60,000 nucleotides of DNA from Camelus ferus (lineage: Eukaryota). Shown one piece after another: positions 9,467-22,958 of this stretch. The notes under the pieces were generated by a model. That model did no database searches. It worked only from the letters and a program-made list of their open reading frames with translations, and was not told the origin of the DNA. Both the position numbers and the translations under genes were made by a program. The stretch's first letter is position 1. Every line of letters begins with the position of its first letter. The stretch lies in NCBI RefSeq assembly GCF_009834535.1, contig NC_045696.1, positions 120,654,001-120,714,000 of the forward strand, in the 5' to 3' direction.

Positions 9467-10284
9467 AGAAGTCTACACAAGCACCTCTCATATAAGATTT
9501 TTTAAATGACACAGTGAAACCAGATTCCAGAATCAGGGCCAACCACACCAGCAGCAAGATGGGCTGCTGAGGTGGGGTGACTTCTAGGCATTTGGAAGAA
9601 AATGCTGCCTCTTACAATGTATCTCTCCCGCCGACTGGTGGCTAGAATCCACAAGAAAGTGGCATTCCTGTAGGTTGAAACGTTTTTTAAATAGACGACC
9701 TGTAAGGTCCCTTTAACATTCTAAATCAGCACTTGGAAACTCAAGGTTCCCCGGGGTAAAACAGGCCTGAATATGTGTTTTATTCAGACCCACTAATGCC
9801 AAATTTATGTATGTGTGTGTACACATATATGTACTTTTTACGAATTTGTTCGTAGATGTACTCAGAAAAAGTGTGAGAGGCTAAAGGGTGGCATTCTCTG
9901 TAGCTCATGCATCCCGGGAGCTCTTCTTTCACTATCTTCGAGTTGCTGTTTTTTTTTTTTTAATAATTCTGTTCGTTGTAGAAAACTGATAATATAAATG
10001 ATTCTTGTCCAAAGAAATGCAAACTAATTGTGCCCAGTGAAACGCATTAATTTCTGCACAGATGAGTAGATAGATCCATTTTGTGGATAGATCTGTTTCT
10101 CATCGATTTGGAAAGTTATTTCAGAATTCTCTGTTCCCTACAAATCTCTGCTCCTTATATTGTCCTTTTAACTGGTTATAACATCTTCCTGGGTACCTCA
10201 TTAATGAGTCAAAGTATTTGACACAGGTACATTTTATAGTTGATTTTACCTTTTTAAAAAAATTATCGTTTTTTTAAAGCGCTG

Positions 10285-10405
10285 ATTATTTATTTATTTA
10301 TTTATTATTGAAGTACAGTCAGTTACAATGCATCGATTTCTGGTGTATGCATGTTTCAGTCATCCATATACCTACATATAATTGTTTTCATACTCTTTCT
10401 TCATA
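10285..10405 (-). mobile_element. L1 3' end fragment
   Basis: (TTTA)n tail followed by TTGAAGTACAGTCAGTTACAATG...TTTCTGGTGTA. Confidence 0.7.
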
Positions 10406-10559
10406 AAAATTTAATCTTTTAAATGTACATAATTTTAGATCTCGAGAGGAGAGAGTTGAGAGAATTGTTGCACTGCTCATGATAGATTGTTGTCTTTGAT
10501 TCTTGCAAGGTCCCTGTTTTGTCTTCATGATTTCCTTTTACCCCCATAGTCACCCGCAT

Positions 10560-11014
10560 TCTTTTCCTGCCCCAACCATGGACAACTATTCTAATGTTTA
10601 TTCTAAGTATCTTTTTCTTTGAATGTGTTCATACTTTTTTAGTTGAGGTTAAGACATATATTAAAATCAAAAAGTGTACTAATCTTAGATATAGAGCTCA
10701 CTGAATTTCAAGCAATCACCACCCAGACATGGAATATTTCCAGTACTCTGTAAGACGTATTCCCAGGCAGTACTGTGACTACCTCTGACCTTCCCCACAG
10801 AGGCAGCAGCATTCTGGCGTCCATCTCTAGAGATGAGTTTTGCCTGTTCTTGAACTTGTAGTATGTTCCTGAATGTCTCATACAACATGCTCTCCGCTGC
10901 ATCTGCCATCTGACACTCATCATTCTGCCTGTGAAGTGTCTCCATGCTATTGTACGGAGAACAATTTATTCATCTTTCATTGCCAAGTAGTATTCATTTT
11001 ATAAATATACCACC
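10560..11014 (-). mobile_element. Old L1M 3' UTR relic
   Basis: AAGTGTACTAATCTTAG...TTTTGCCTGTTCTTGAACTT...GTAGTATTCATTTTATAAATATACCAC. Confidence 0.6.
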
Positions 11015-11420
11015 TGTTGAAGGTGGGAATCCAAACCATCTACATGTGCTCGGCGACACCACAGTATACACTGACATGGCCTCACTACGCCACAAACTTC
11101 ATTAGCACAATTTTACTGTTTTAGGAAACTCTTGTCCAGGAAGACCAAAGTTGCAAACCACTCTTTTATTCATTCTAGGCCCTTCCTGAAGGAAACTCAT
11201 CAAACAGTAATTGACACTCCTAGTCTCTTTAACCCCTTGCCTTGGCTGGTTGTGTCCATCAGTCCTTACTGTTATCATCATCACCCTTCCCCGGTCCTAA
11301 CCGAGACCCACTCCCTTACACTGAAAGGCTCACCTTAAAGCAGACTTCAGAATTGGAATTAATGTCTTGACTTCACCCTCCCCACTCCAAGACCCTGCAA
11401 AGACATTGTTAAGGTGTTTG
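11015..11420 (+). mobile_element. LTR-like fragment (ERV1-type), truncated by L1
   Basis: Begins TGTTGAAGG abruptly within L1M and has LTR-like composition; no 3' terminus seen. Confidence 0.4.
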
Positions 11421-11423
11421 CAT

Positions 11424-11900
11424 TTGTCTTTTATTTTTTTGGATTTCTAAATTTTTATTTTGTTATTGAAGTATAGTCAATCTACAAGGCTTCAGGTGTA
11501 CAGCAAAGTGATTCAATTACACATATATATTCCTTCTCAGATTCTTTTCCATTATAGGTTATTACAAGATACCAAATGTAGTTCCCTGAGCTACACAGTA
11601 GGTCCTGGTTGTTTATGTATTTTATATATAGTAGTGGGTAATATGTTAATCCCAAACTCCTAATTTATACCTTCCCTTCCCCTTTCCCTTTTGGTAATGA
11701 TAAGTTAGTTTTCTAGGTCTGAATCTATTTATATTTTGTAAATAAGTTCATTGGTGTCATTTTTTTAGGTTCCACATGTAAGTGATATCACTTGATATTT
11801 GCCTTTCTCTGTCTGACTTACTTCGCTTAGTATGAAGACAATCTCTAGGTCCACACACATTGCTGCAAATGGCAATATTTCATTCTTTCTGTGGCAACAT
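11424..11900 (-). mobile_element. L1 3' end (ORF2 tail and 3' UTR)
   Basis: Reverse complement is similar to the + strand L1 end at 53430-53930. Confidence 0.85.
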
Positions 11901-14900
11901 AGTTTTCTTTTGTCTTACCAATAGGTGATCTCGGTGATAATTTAGGAGCCAGCATTCAACAAGCAGCATTTGACTTGTTTCCCACTTTTGGCTTTTACAA
12001 CTAAAGCTGCTGTGAACATCCTCACTCAGGATTTTTAATGGATGTGTGCATTTATTTCCCTTAGGTTCATAGCTGGACTGGGGTTGTGTGCCTGTGGTCT
12101 AACTTGCCAATATATATATATATATTTTTTTTTTTTTTTAATTTGAAGATTTCACATAAAATTGAGCTTTTCAGCCTTTCTTGAAAAACCGGAAGACCTG
12201 GCCATCCCAGGTCAGCATCGCCTGTTGTCCCATTTGACTGGAGCTGAGGAGAGGCCACCCACCCTGCTCCTCGTTGAAGTCACCTCTGCACCAGTGGGAG
12301 TCTTAGCTGGAAACCTCTGTTCTAAGCACAAGCTTGGGAAGGGAGACTCTTTAAGCTCTTGTTACTTTTATTACAGAAAACCGAGAGCAGGTTTTACTGG
12401 AAAGGAACAAGACTGTCAGCGTCTGAGGGAAAAGGCCCCTCTGCCAAGGATGTCGGGCGGCAGCGAGGCCAGAGAGCAAAGCCGGCTTAGGACGCCTTGA
12501 TCTATTTTGCAATTCAAAGGGGAACCAGTGTTCTCTGAAAAGACACTAGCAATGGTAAAATGAGAAGCGTGATCACCAAAAAAGACCTAGGTCAGTCTTC
12601 CTTACTCATTAACATCATAAGTAACTTTTATGAAACTTTCTTTTTTGGCATTTAGAGTGTTACAGACGTAAAGAAGAGTTAAAATAGCTCCCCACTGCTG
12701 AACCGAAAGAATTTAATACAATCCAGAGCCCTATGATATAAAAAGATATTAGTCATTAAAGACTAATAATGCAGCTTCTCTATTATTCTGGTAGGTGGAG
12801 AACAGAGCAGAAACCATATGCACTTCCACACAATCAAGGGGGCCCATTGGCTCCAAGGCCTGGATAAGATTCTGTGCTGACGGAAGACATCTTTCCTTCC
12901 CCAGAGTGGGTTTTTTATCCCCAGTCTGCAAGGAGAATGTCTGTATTTGGGAGGTATATCTGTACTTGGCATAATAGGCCTATTAACAAGAGGAAGTTGT
13001 CTGTGGGATTTGCAAAGGAGGAAGCCATTCCTATCCATCTCCCCTTTGTCCGAGGGAGGGAGAAAGTGACTCTTTACCTTCCTTTTGTATAAAATTGTGT
13101 TTAAGTTACTTGGCACTTTCATAAATGAAATTTGCCTTCACTGGCTTGGCCTGGTGCCATGGTCTTGGGCCAGATGAATGATCTATGGGCCAAAAAAGGA
13201 AGGCTTGAACCTGCCCACGCATCAAAACCCCATCCTCAGGGAGCTCAGCCCATCACATACCCTGAACCTCAGAATCGCCAGCACCACCCGGAAGGAGGAG
13301 GGTGGCTGACAGAACAGCAGGGAAGACCCAGGCTGCTGGGGGCAGCTCTGGTGACGTGGCACCTTCTGCTTATCCCTGTAGCTAACATGACCCCTCCTTC
13401 TGGAAGGGGCGGGGAGGGACACCAGCCATCTGGGGTGCACTGGTATTGTTTAAGAGCCAAATAAATCGTATCCAGCATCAATTGTCACAGAGTTTGATGT
13501 GAATCAAATGACTCCATCAGATGTCAGCCATGAAGAGGGATGAACAACAGTGCTCTGGGCGCCAAGCTAATTGTTGGCTCCCTCGAACAACCTGGGGGTT
13601 CACAGGCAGCACTGGACTTTCAAGCCGTCAAAATGTGTGAGCCTTAGTCCTTCAGGCCAGAGCCTGCTGCTTTGCTTTCATTCCTCCTCCCAGAGCACAC
13701 TCACGCCACAGAACAGCTGGGACCGAGCGTCCCGAGGCTTCACTTCCGATCTCTACTCTGCCTTGCTTTGCCTAACCTCACCTGCAATCCAACCTCCAGG
13801 TCAGGCCCATCAGGCAAACTGGACCCACATATTTCAGCTCATGGATTTGTCTTCTAGATCATCACCAGTCTCCTTTGTCCTGGGCTCAGATTCTAAGGAT
13901 GTCCACCAGCCAGCCTGACCGCCCTGGATCTCCTCCTGAGAACTGTCTCAATCGGCAGCTGACTTCCCTCCTCTCCACATAGACAGTAAAAATAAAATCT
14001 TAAAATGAGCAACATCTCAAGATACTCCTTCAACCTAAATCAGAAGGTCCATAGTCCTTTCTTTTTTGCTGTTGCCTAAAAATTTTTATTGGCTGTTTTT
14101 TTATGCCAAGCACAGTGCTAAGTATTATTTGGGGCATTATCTCATTGAATTGGCATTTCCGCGCTTCTAGGTACGTATCCTCAACAAACTAATACTTGGA
14201 ATAGTTCAGAAGGCTACAACTGTGGGATCACTTACAACTTTAAAATGTGACGTATAAGCCAATTTCGAAGCTGCCTCAGTCATCAGCTCCAGTGGACTGA
14301 AATCAGGTGAGACCTTTACGGATGAGTTTGCGGGAAACGTTAAGGATACAGAACACATTTAGGAGACGTTAGAAAGGTGTCATCAAGAGAGGGAGGTTTA
14401 ACGCCCTCCACTTGCTGTGTAATGACCTGTGGCTGCTGCCCCTCAAAACTCATCAGTTTCAACTGGACAAGATATTTCTCGAGGTTATAACTACACTTAA
14501 ACGTTTATACTGCACTCTGCCGTGTAATGAGCTCATCCGCCTCAGTCTCCCGATGGAGTGGGCCTGTGAACCACATGTGGAGGCGCTGGATGGAGCCGCT
14601 CTCCAGACCTAGTGACCCCACGTGGGAGACAGTCTCTCCCTCGACCAGCTCGGAGACCTTAGGAAGGTCTCAACTTCTTGGAGCCTCCTTTCGCAATCTG
14701 CAAAGTAAGGGATGGATCCAAAACTCTAAGTCTTTTTAGACTTGCCATTGCATGATCCCATTAACCTTCCATTACACAAGTTATGTGGTCACCAAACTGA
14801 AATGCCTCTAGGGGCCAGGTCGAATCAACGAAGCACCAAATACGTTGGTGCAGACAAGGGTGGGTCCCGGGAAGAGAAGACTTTAATACCAACTCCCGTC

Positions 14901-15299
14901 AGCGCCATTGCATTCTCCACTCTCAGACATGAGCACCTGATGCTTTCCCGTTTTGTCGGCAGGACTCAGTAGGCACAGCGCGCAGTCAGGGCCCCTGGCC
15001 CCGGCTCCCCACTTCCACCCCCAGTGCTGTGACCAAGCCCCTCTAGTTATAGGCACCTCGGAGCTGCAGCTGGCCAAGGACAAGCACTGGACTTTGGCAA
15101 CTAGAGAGCATGTACCCCCATCTGTAACGGGCCTTGCTGGCACCCTAACAGGAACCCTCGGGTCACTCTTACAGCTCTGTGTGCCCAGGCTCTGCACCTA
15201 CATGCTTTGCTACTAGTGTTTCACCTCTGGGACCTTCAGAGCTTTGCTCTTGGGCCCGAGAGTTAACCTCTGATAAGGACAGGAGAAGTGTCTAGGGAC

Positions 15300-15605
15300 G
15301 ATGGCCACCCCTCTTCCTGGGCATCCATCCGTCACTGTGGTAGGGTATGAACGCCCACACCCTTTATCTCCAGGAGGTGCCAACTCCAGCGGGATGAACA
15401 TCGGTTATGCTCCAGTGCTCCCTGGGGGGGTCAGGCTGAGTCTGCGATGTCACCTGAAATCACACCCTGCCTTGGCTTCTTCCACTGCCTCATTCTGCTC
15501 CCTGACCCCTACATCAGTGTCTTTTGGAAGCACTGCCTTGATAACTCACTTGTCCCCGAATCCTTGGCTGAGACACTGCTTCTGGGAAAAGTCAAACTAC
15601 TACGC
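15300..15605 (+). mobile_element. LTR16-like ERVL LTR relic
   Basis: 3' end GAAGCACTGCCTTGATAACTCACTTGTCCCCGAATCCTTGGCTGAGACACTGCTTCTGGGAAAA resembles the LTR16 terminus. Confidence 0.55.
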
Positions 15606-16546
15606 TACCTAAATGCATTCACATGCAACTTTTTAAAACGGCTACTGTTCTGTCAAACAAAGTACATCAGAAACCCAAATTTAGCCAGTAAGCCACCAGT
15701 ATGCAATCTCTGGCTTTATCTAAGAAATGGTTTTATCCCCAGTCCAGTGAAGAAAGCAGGGGCTTGAAGAGGGCGCTGAAGAATTTGACAAAAATGTTGA
15801 GAGACTCCAGAGACATGTGTCTAACACCTCCGGCTATTTTAAGCTCTTGGGTTCCCCAATGCGTTTGGTTCTTTCTGCTCTGTTTATCAACACCAGCCAT
15901 AAAGATTACAGAACAGGAACAGAGTGGCTAATTCTCCAGCTGCTTTGTGATGCAGAGTAGAAACCGCTGACTCTTTCCATCTCATAAAGACTCCACAGTG
16001 CTCTTTGTATTATCAATGCCTAACGTTCGTTTAGTATAATGTAGTCTTCAAAGTGCTTTCTGACACATGACCTTCTGTGATTCCGCCAATATCTCTGTAA
16101 GGTAGTATTATGTCTTTATTTCACAGGTATGGAAACTGAAGCTCTGAAAGTTGCAAATCAGAAAAATATGACTCCAAAACTTGGATGTTTTTCTAGCGTA
16201 GAGTCCATAAAAGATCCATTGTCTTAGAAAAGTGGTGATTCCAAACCAGACAGTTAGTAATAAGAGAAGAGCATGTGAAAATTGAGATAAACAGAAAAAA
16301 ATGAGGAAAGGGAATATGCAGAGAGAAAACAGGATGTTTTTAGGAGAAACCAAATGAGTTGATATTATGACGAGTTGGGGAAATAAGCAAAATGGAGAGA
16401 AGACAGAAAATGCTCTGGTTCACAAGAAAAGTGGAAAGGTGGAGAGAAGAAAGTTGGTGGAGGAGTATAAAGACCCCATCACAAAACGAAACAGCAAGAA
16501 GTTCAGAACTGAGGATGACAAAGGCCATAAACAATACAGATGCTTA

Positions 16547-17177
16547 TGTTACTGGAAAATGTGGTTCACCTCCTGATGGGTGTCCAGCCAAAATGCAACC
16601 AAGCCAAAAAGCCGGAGAAGAAAGGATTTATTACCTGAAGCAAGCAAAGAGAATACTGGTAATGCTCCCCAAAGCAGTGTCTTCCTGCACAGCAAACTTG
16701 GGGAGGGTTTAAGCTAAGGGCACATGCATATTCACGAACGGGCTTGAGCAGAGGAGAATTCAGCCTAGAATTGGGGCCAGGGTCAAGAGTCCAAGCTTTA
16801 GCTGATTGAACTCACGAGGGTCAGAAAAGGTCAGCGTCCTCATCCCTTAGGTTCCAGCTGACCTGGTTGAGCACTCAAAGGGGGTTTTACATTCTGCAGA
16901 ACAGCTCAAGAAAGTGCTTCAGGCTGGTCTTTATCATTGAAACAGAACTGGGAGCCTGGACAATGGATCTGTTACCTTTAATATTGTTACTTCTCTTGCC
17001 TGATAACAGTTCCTGCATTCTTCTGTTCCTCTAAGGTCAGTGATGACTGGGGACAAGGACAAGCACTGTGGCCAGGTTTGATCCCAAAATGGCTTAGACC
17101 AAAAATGACTTCTCTTACGTCAAGGAAGCCATGCCTGGTTCTCTTTCTCTGGGGACCCCCTACCCTGTCTGCTTACA
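16547..17177 (-). mobile_element. Solo LTR, in-window family A (with 35581-36172 and 36455-37097)
   Basis: TG...CA termini and collinear similarity to the other two copies; no clear TSD. Confidence 0.85.
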
Positions 17178-17883
17178 ATCAGGCAAACAAGATGTTAACA
17201 CTCTCCCAGCATAAGCCCTTTCCAAGCCCTGGGAAAGACAGATGCTAACAAACTGGGTAAAGACTGGGACAAGTCAGGCACAAAAAGGGCCACAGGCAGA
17301 AGTAATCAGTGGAGCCTACAAGCTGGTAGGAAGCAGAGTGCTTAGCAAGCGAGGATCAGGCAGCTCCTGCATCAGGTCCTGGGGTTTCATCCCAGACATT
17401 AGTTCCAAAGGATTATCTATACTGGGCGGGGGCCGTGGCTTGGGAGAACAAGAGATGATGTTGAGATACTGGTCATGGAAACTGAGGTCGAAGGCAGAAC
17501 AAATCAAGTCTGAGCTTTAGCCCTGACAGGTTGCTGATCAGGCCTTATATAAGCCACTTTTGGCAGGAAAGAGCTCTCTGCAGGAGGCTCCTTTTGTCTT
17601 GCCACTAACCTCAGAACCAGGCACCCCATGCTCCACTCTGGCCTAAGCACATCTTTCAAGTCTTTTGCTCACACAATACCTTGCCTAACCTGTTGGTTCT
17701 TTCCTGGATCAAAGAAGTAGGAACCACGAATAAGTAATTAGCAGATGACCAGGTCTCTTCCCCAGCTTCCCCTTCAGTAACCTCGAGAAAAGACTATGTG
17801 AAAAAGACAGCATGTAAGGAAAGATCACAAGGAGTTGACAAGCCTGCAGGCAGTGTGGGATGGCAGCGACTCTGACCCCCAGT

Positions 17884-18170
17884 TGTTACTGAACAAAAGT
17901 TCCAGTGCCCCTCGCACCGTGAAGCCAGACAAACCAAAACATCGGAGTTTGGAGCAGAGAAAGGTTTATTGCAGGGCCGAGCAAGGAGGATGGGCGGCTG
18001 GTGCTTGAAAAAACAAAATTCTCCAATGGTTTTGGGGGAAAGTTTTTTATAGGAAAAATTTGGGGTGAGGGCTGCAGGGTGTGAGACTTTTTTCTGATTG
18101 GTTGGCGGGGAGGTAACAGGACGGTGCTCCAGGAATCTGGTGCTCAGCCTGAGGTCACCATCCTCCACCA
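17884..18170 (-). mobile_element. ERV1-type LTR fragment (R/U5 end)
   Basis: Starts TGTTACTGAAC; the reverse strand carries AATAAACCTTTCTCTGCTCCAAACTCCGA, a TATA-like CCTATAAAAA and CCAATC. Confidence 0.75.
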
Positions 18171-18278
18171 TCTGTGAACTGTATCTACCTTATAGGGGAA
18201 TTAGGAGAATTGAGCTATTATATGCATAGTGGTTCATAAATGGTAAAGATTATGTGTTTTTTTTTCCATGTAAGGTAG

Positions 18279-18815
18279 TGAGACAGGAAGGAAGAGGGCA
18301 GGGCACAGCCATTCAAGGAATGGCACAGCAATTAACACCAAGGTGGCAGAAAATTCAACTCTCAACAGAACTTGAGGCCCAAGATTGCAGGAGACTCAAC
18401 TCCCAGTAGAGCTTGAGCTACATAATACGCTCATTGTGATGTTTTAACATGGTGAATGACACACCCACAGGCACCAGGACAGTTCCCAGGCTGACCATAA
18501 AAGGTCAAAAAGTGGCCCAATTTCTGGGAATACCCATCCGTTCCCCAAAGTGGCTGGGATAATCCTCCCACTTGTTAGCATATGAAGTTACCGAGCGCAT
18601 AAAAACCAACAACCCCACATCTCATGCTTTTCTCTTGCCTTTTGAGACGGCCTGCACTGTCTCTGGAGTGCACATCTCTCTGAATAAACCTGCTTTTACT
18701 CACCTATGACTCGCTCTTGAATTCTTTCCTACGCAAAGCCAAGGACCCTCACTTGGCAGGGTGCGCCCCAGGGACTCAACTCGGCCATCCTCTCACCCCA
18801 CATTTCCCTGTATCA
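18279..18815 (+). mobile_element. Solo ERV1-type LTR
   Basis: TGAGAC...GTATCA termini, TSD GTAG at 18275-18278 and 18816-18819; CATAAAAA and AATAAACC present. Confidence 0.88.
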
Positions 18816-20369
18816 GTAGAAACAAGTTTGTTACTGACAATCTTTATTACAATCACTCTTAAGTGTAAGAAATAAAGGGTGAAAACAGTTAAGAGGCCGC
18901 AGCTGTTATGGTGGGAAGGGACTATGTGACCAGGAAATCAGGCAAGTTATTTCAAATGGGGAGTTAGGAAAAATGCTGAAGAACAGAATTAATACAGAAT
19001 CTTACCAAAGACTGTTGGATGACTGCAGAAAGGGACTGTGGTCATTGCGATGAAAAACCAGTCAGATATGATAGTTTCACTTTTCTCTGTGGCCTTGAAT
19101 CCTCACTGTTTGAGAATACATTCTTATCTTTGCAAGTCTTAAAAAGGTCAGAAACTTGGCAATGAGCCTGCACTCTGTCAGCCCTTGGACTTTATTTATT
19201 CTGTGGAAACACAAAGGATTTCCATTCTGTCAATACCAAGAGCCCTACAAACCGGGACATTTTCTGTAACCCGTCCTGAGTTCTACAAGCTTCCGCCTGG
19301 TATCAGAGGAGCCTCCTATGCGGGAAAGGATGGAAATGTGAGTTCAGTCATGTTTGTCTTTTTCACTGGGAAATGGTGAAGACAGCTTTTGTTATGCCAA
19401 AGTGGCTTCAGAGAAATGAAAACAGGTTGCTAAAGTATCATTACATATGTGTATAAATTAATTGCAAAAGCTTTTGGTCATGAGCTTTCATGGAAGGAGG
19501 AAAAGACAGCCTTCCCACGGCTTCCGCTTTATGAGAAGACTCGTCAGAAGAAGCAAAAATGACAGGGACACTCAAACATCCGGGAAGAGTGGGACATTAT
19601 AGGAACCACACAGGGTGAGGATTTGACATTCACTCAGCACTGATTTTTGAAGCCCATGGTATGTGTTAAACTACGCTAATCACATATATGCCACACATGA
19701 GTTTTACGACCATACGTATATTTCAAATGCTAACATCATGAGCTATTTGGAGGAGAACTAGTTAACAGTCCAGTTTTTCTATTATATGTAACGTGTCAAT
19801 GACAAGCCATGCACCAAACTGAATTAAAACATTAATTTTCCAAGAGTTCTGGGAGTTGCAAGCTTTATTTCTATAGATATTTGGCATATCCTAAAAATGA
19901 GCTATGACTGCTGTGATGGTTTTAATAGAATTCCCCTAAAACCTTTTCTTTTTGTCCGGACAGTGTAGGTTCTGGATGACAGTGAGTGGCAGAGGGGTAA
20001 ACGAGAGAGAGCAAACATTTGCTGAAACCATTTTCCATCTGAAAGATAATGACACTGAGAGCTCAGCATGGGAAGAGGCTTTGAAGATAAGCTAAAGACC
20101 AACCTGTGCCCCGCTGAGATGTGTAGGATACAACATGACTTGAAGGGGGGCCAGCTGGCCACGACCCTCAGGAAGCAAACGTTTCCAGAGGGTCTGCTGC
20201 ACAAAGGCAAGACATTAGGTGTAGGAGGAGAGCAAATATAACTCCCAGCTGCTGCTCCTGGGAGTGTTCCTAGCCCATTTGGAGAAGAAACACAGACACA
20301 CTTGAAAAGGAGGTAAAGCTTCAGAATAGGTCACCACGGCGTATCTTTGATGACATCCTCTGTTGCCAT

Positions 20370-20745
20370 AAGAGAAAAGCACTTGAACAGTAGGGGGGAT
20401 GTGGGCTCATGTACCTGCAAAGTGCAGAGATCAGATGGGCTACTGCTGGTTTGACGGGTCAGCGCTGCAGTGTCATCCGAGTCCTAATTTATTCTGGTCT
20501 CTCCTCCCCTTCCTCCCTTAGGCTGGCTTCTCTCAGAATGCTGCGATGCTTCCACAGTTCCGGGCTTGCCATCTGAACACCACAATGGCCATTCCTGAAG
20601 AAAGAGAAGTTATTTTCCAGCAATCGAGCAAGGGTCCTCACTGTCGCTCTGATTAGACATCTTAACGCCCATGACCACCTGGGGGATGGATGTGTTCATT
20701 AACATGAGGCGATTGAAACCCACCCCTTGAACGAGGGCAAGAGGG
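20370..20745 (-). mobile_element. Old MaLR (MLT1-like) LTR relic
   Basis: GGCTCATGTACCTGCAAAGTGCAGAG...GGCTGGCTTCTCTC...CTCTGATTAGAC resembles antisense old MLT1; heavily diverged. Confidence 0.45.
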
Positions 20746-20765
20746 AGCTTCCCTTCCCAACTCTT

Positions 20766-20931
20766 TTTTTGTTTGTTTTTAACATTTTTTATTGAGTTAC
20801 AGTCAGTTTACAATGTTGTGTCAAATTCCAGTATAGAGCACAATTTTTCAGTTATACATGAACATACATACATTCATTGTCAGATTTTTTTTTCTTTTCC
20901 GCTGTGAGCTACCACAAGATCTTGTGTATAT
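20766..20931 (-). mobile_element. Young L1 3' end
   Basis: Reverse complement of the 25730-25865-type 3' UTR; TSD TTCCCT(T/C)CCCAACTCTT at 20749-20765 and 20932-20948. Confidence 0.9.
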
Positions 20932-21424
20932 TTCCCTCCCCAACTCTTCTGGGCTGCAGGAAGGAGGGACAGACATGCAAAAGAGAATCTGGACACAGTC
21001 CAGAAGTGGAATGGGGAGTCGGCCCTTGTGAAGGCAGCCACTCACATCCACCCAGGAAATTCTGAAATCTCTCTCAGAATTGGTTCTTAACATTTCACAG
21101 TTAAAATGGTCGTCATTTTGTGGATCCTAAATCACTTGTTGCAATTTAAGCTGATCGATTTCTCTGGAAAATGTGTCTGGAAAGACATGACTCCTTTTTC
21201 CCCCACTAACACCCCTTAAGCACCTGAAGAGGGCTCTTAGACAATGCATGCAACTGTCATGTATCCATTTCAAATCATTCGAATTTCTTTCATTTCTGAA
21301 AACTCGCTTGAGCATCACCTGTTTTCCTACTTCAGGATTTTTTTCTCTGGTTGCTCTCCTGTGTGTCTGAACGTCTTGCTAAGGCTGGGGAGCAACCTCA
21401 GTGGAGCCCAGCGCCTGCTGTAGC

Positions 21425-21650
21425 TGCCATTCACTGAGATACTGTGTACCAGCAGAGCATATGTGCTTTTCACTCTTAAGCTAATTTAATGCTCACAACA
21501 ATGCAACAAGATATGTGATGTTAGTTCTATCTTAAAGATTAGGAAACTGAGGTTCAAAGAGCCTAAGTAACATGCCCTAAAACGCACAGCAGAAACAGGA
21601 TTAGAACCCGGTATTCTATGATTCCAAGGCCTGCTTTCTTGCCATTAAGC
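21425..21650 (-). mobile_element. MIR SINE relic
   Basis: TTTAATGCTCACAACAA...AGATTAGGAAACTGAGGTTCAAAGAGCCTAAGTAACATGCCC...GGATTAGAACCCGG. Confidence 0.75.
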
Positions 21651-22958
21651 CAAACGGCCTCTAAAAGTCCAGCTTGAGCAATGCTGAGTATCATTGGTGA
21701 ATGCAAATTATTCAGCACATCATGTAAATATAAGGAAAGAACTGATGTCAGCACCAGCACTGAAAAGGCTGTCGCCTGAAAATTATTCCAAGGTTAACAT
21801 AGTAAAACAAACTGCTTTCTTCAGTATTTAAACTGTCCCTCCAAACCACTTAATTCTTCTCTGTAGCCAAGAATGTAAAGTAATATGGGTCTTATGCATG
21901 ACAATCGAGAAATGATTAATGATCTGCATACACTAGTAACATTTTTATAACCCCACCTCAAGTCTCACTGATTAACTGATTTCAGACAAGGTTACTAAGA
22001 GTTCAAAATATAGGAAAATGAATACCTTTTGCTTTCAAAGTCAGTTGAAAGGCACTGGCTAAAGCAGCATTGGAAAGGGTTAAAAAGAAAAAATTGCAAA
22101 CAATTATGTAAGGTTGAGTTTAAGGGATAAAGGACCTCAATTAAAGCCCTGCCAAAAAAAGTAATTAGGCCATACTTCATTGTTAGAATGAACTGGAACA
22201 AGAAAAATGAGAAATCTGGTCCGGAAAAAAGAGGGAACCCTCCTCAGTGCTGTCACCTGACATTAGCACAAAATTATCCATTTGGTGACTTTTTTTTCTT
22301 CTCTCTTTGGGTGGAATGCAGCTTTTCACACATTTGCAAATGTTTCTGACAGTCTGAACTTGGTCTTCCTTCCAACAATCAAAGCATTCATTACATTGCC
22401 AAATGCCTTTCTGATCTCTTATTTCCTAAAACCACCAACAGAATACAAAGTAAGTAGGATATGTGACACTGAGAAAAAAATTTGGCCTTGGAACAGTTTT
22501 AGAAGGAAAAAATGTTTTATCATACATTACATGGAGAGACCCAGTTAATTCAATCCAAATATTGTGATTTACCAGGAACGTTTTCAATTACTAAATTTGA
22601 AAATGTTTCCACTCACATTAATGTATTTTTCTGATCCACTGTATATTTATTTCACAAACATTATAAACTATAATGTTCATAGTATCATAATTATCATGTT
22701 TATTATATAATAATTATACAAAATAATGTCCCCCTTTTGTTAAGCAAATACACATTTCCACTAGTCTAATAAATCAACTATTTTTCTTTTTTTATGTCCA
22801 TTTGCAGTTTATGTCTATGTACACATAATTTAAAATTTGTTCTAACTTTATACAAATACCATTCTGTATACTGCATTATTCACTTAACACTGGGTGATAA
22901 ACATTTCACCTATTGCTATGTGAGCATCATAATTCATGTTAATAATTTCATGATATTC

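Noticed and set aside
16367..16576. Lys/Glu-rich ORF as a processed pseudogene
   Set aside because: Explained by purine-rich low-complexity DNA; no recognisable protein, tail or TSD.
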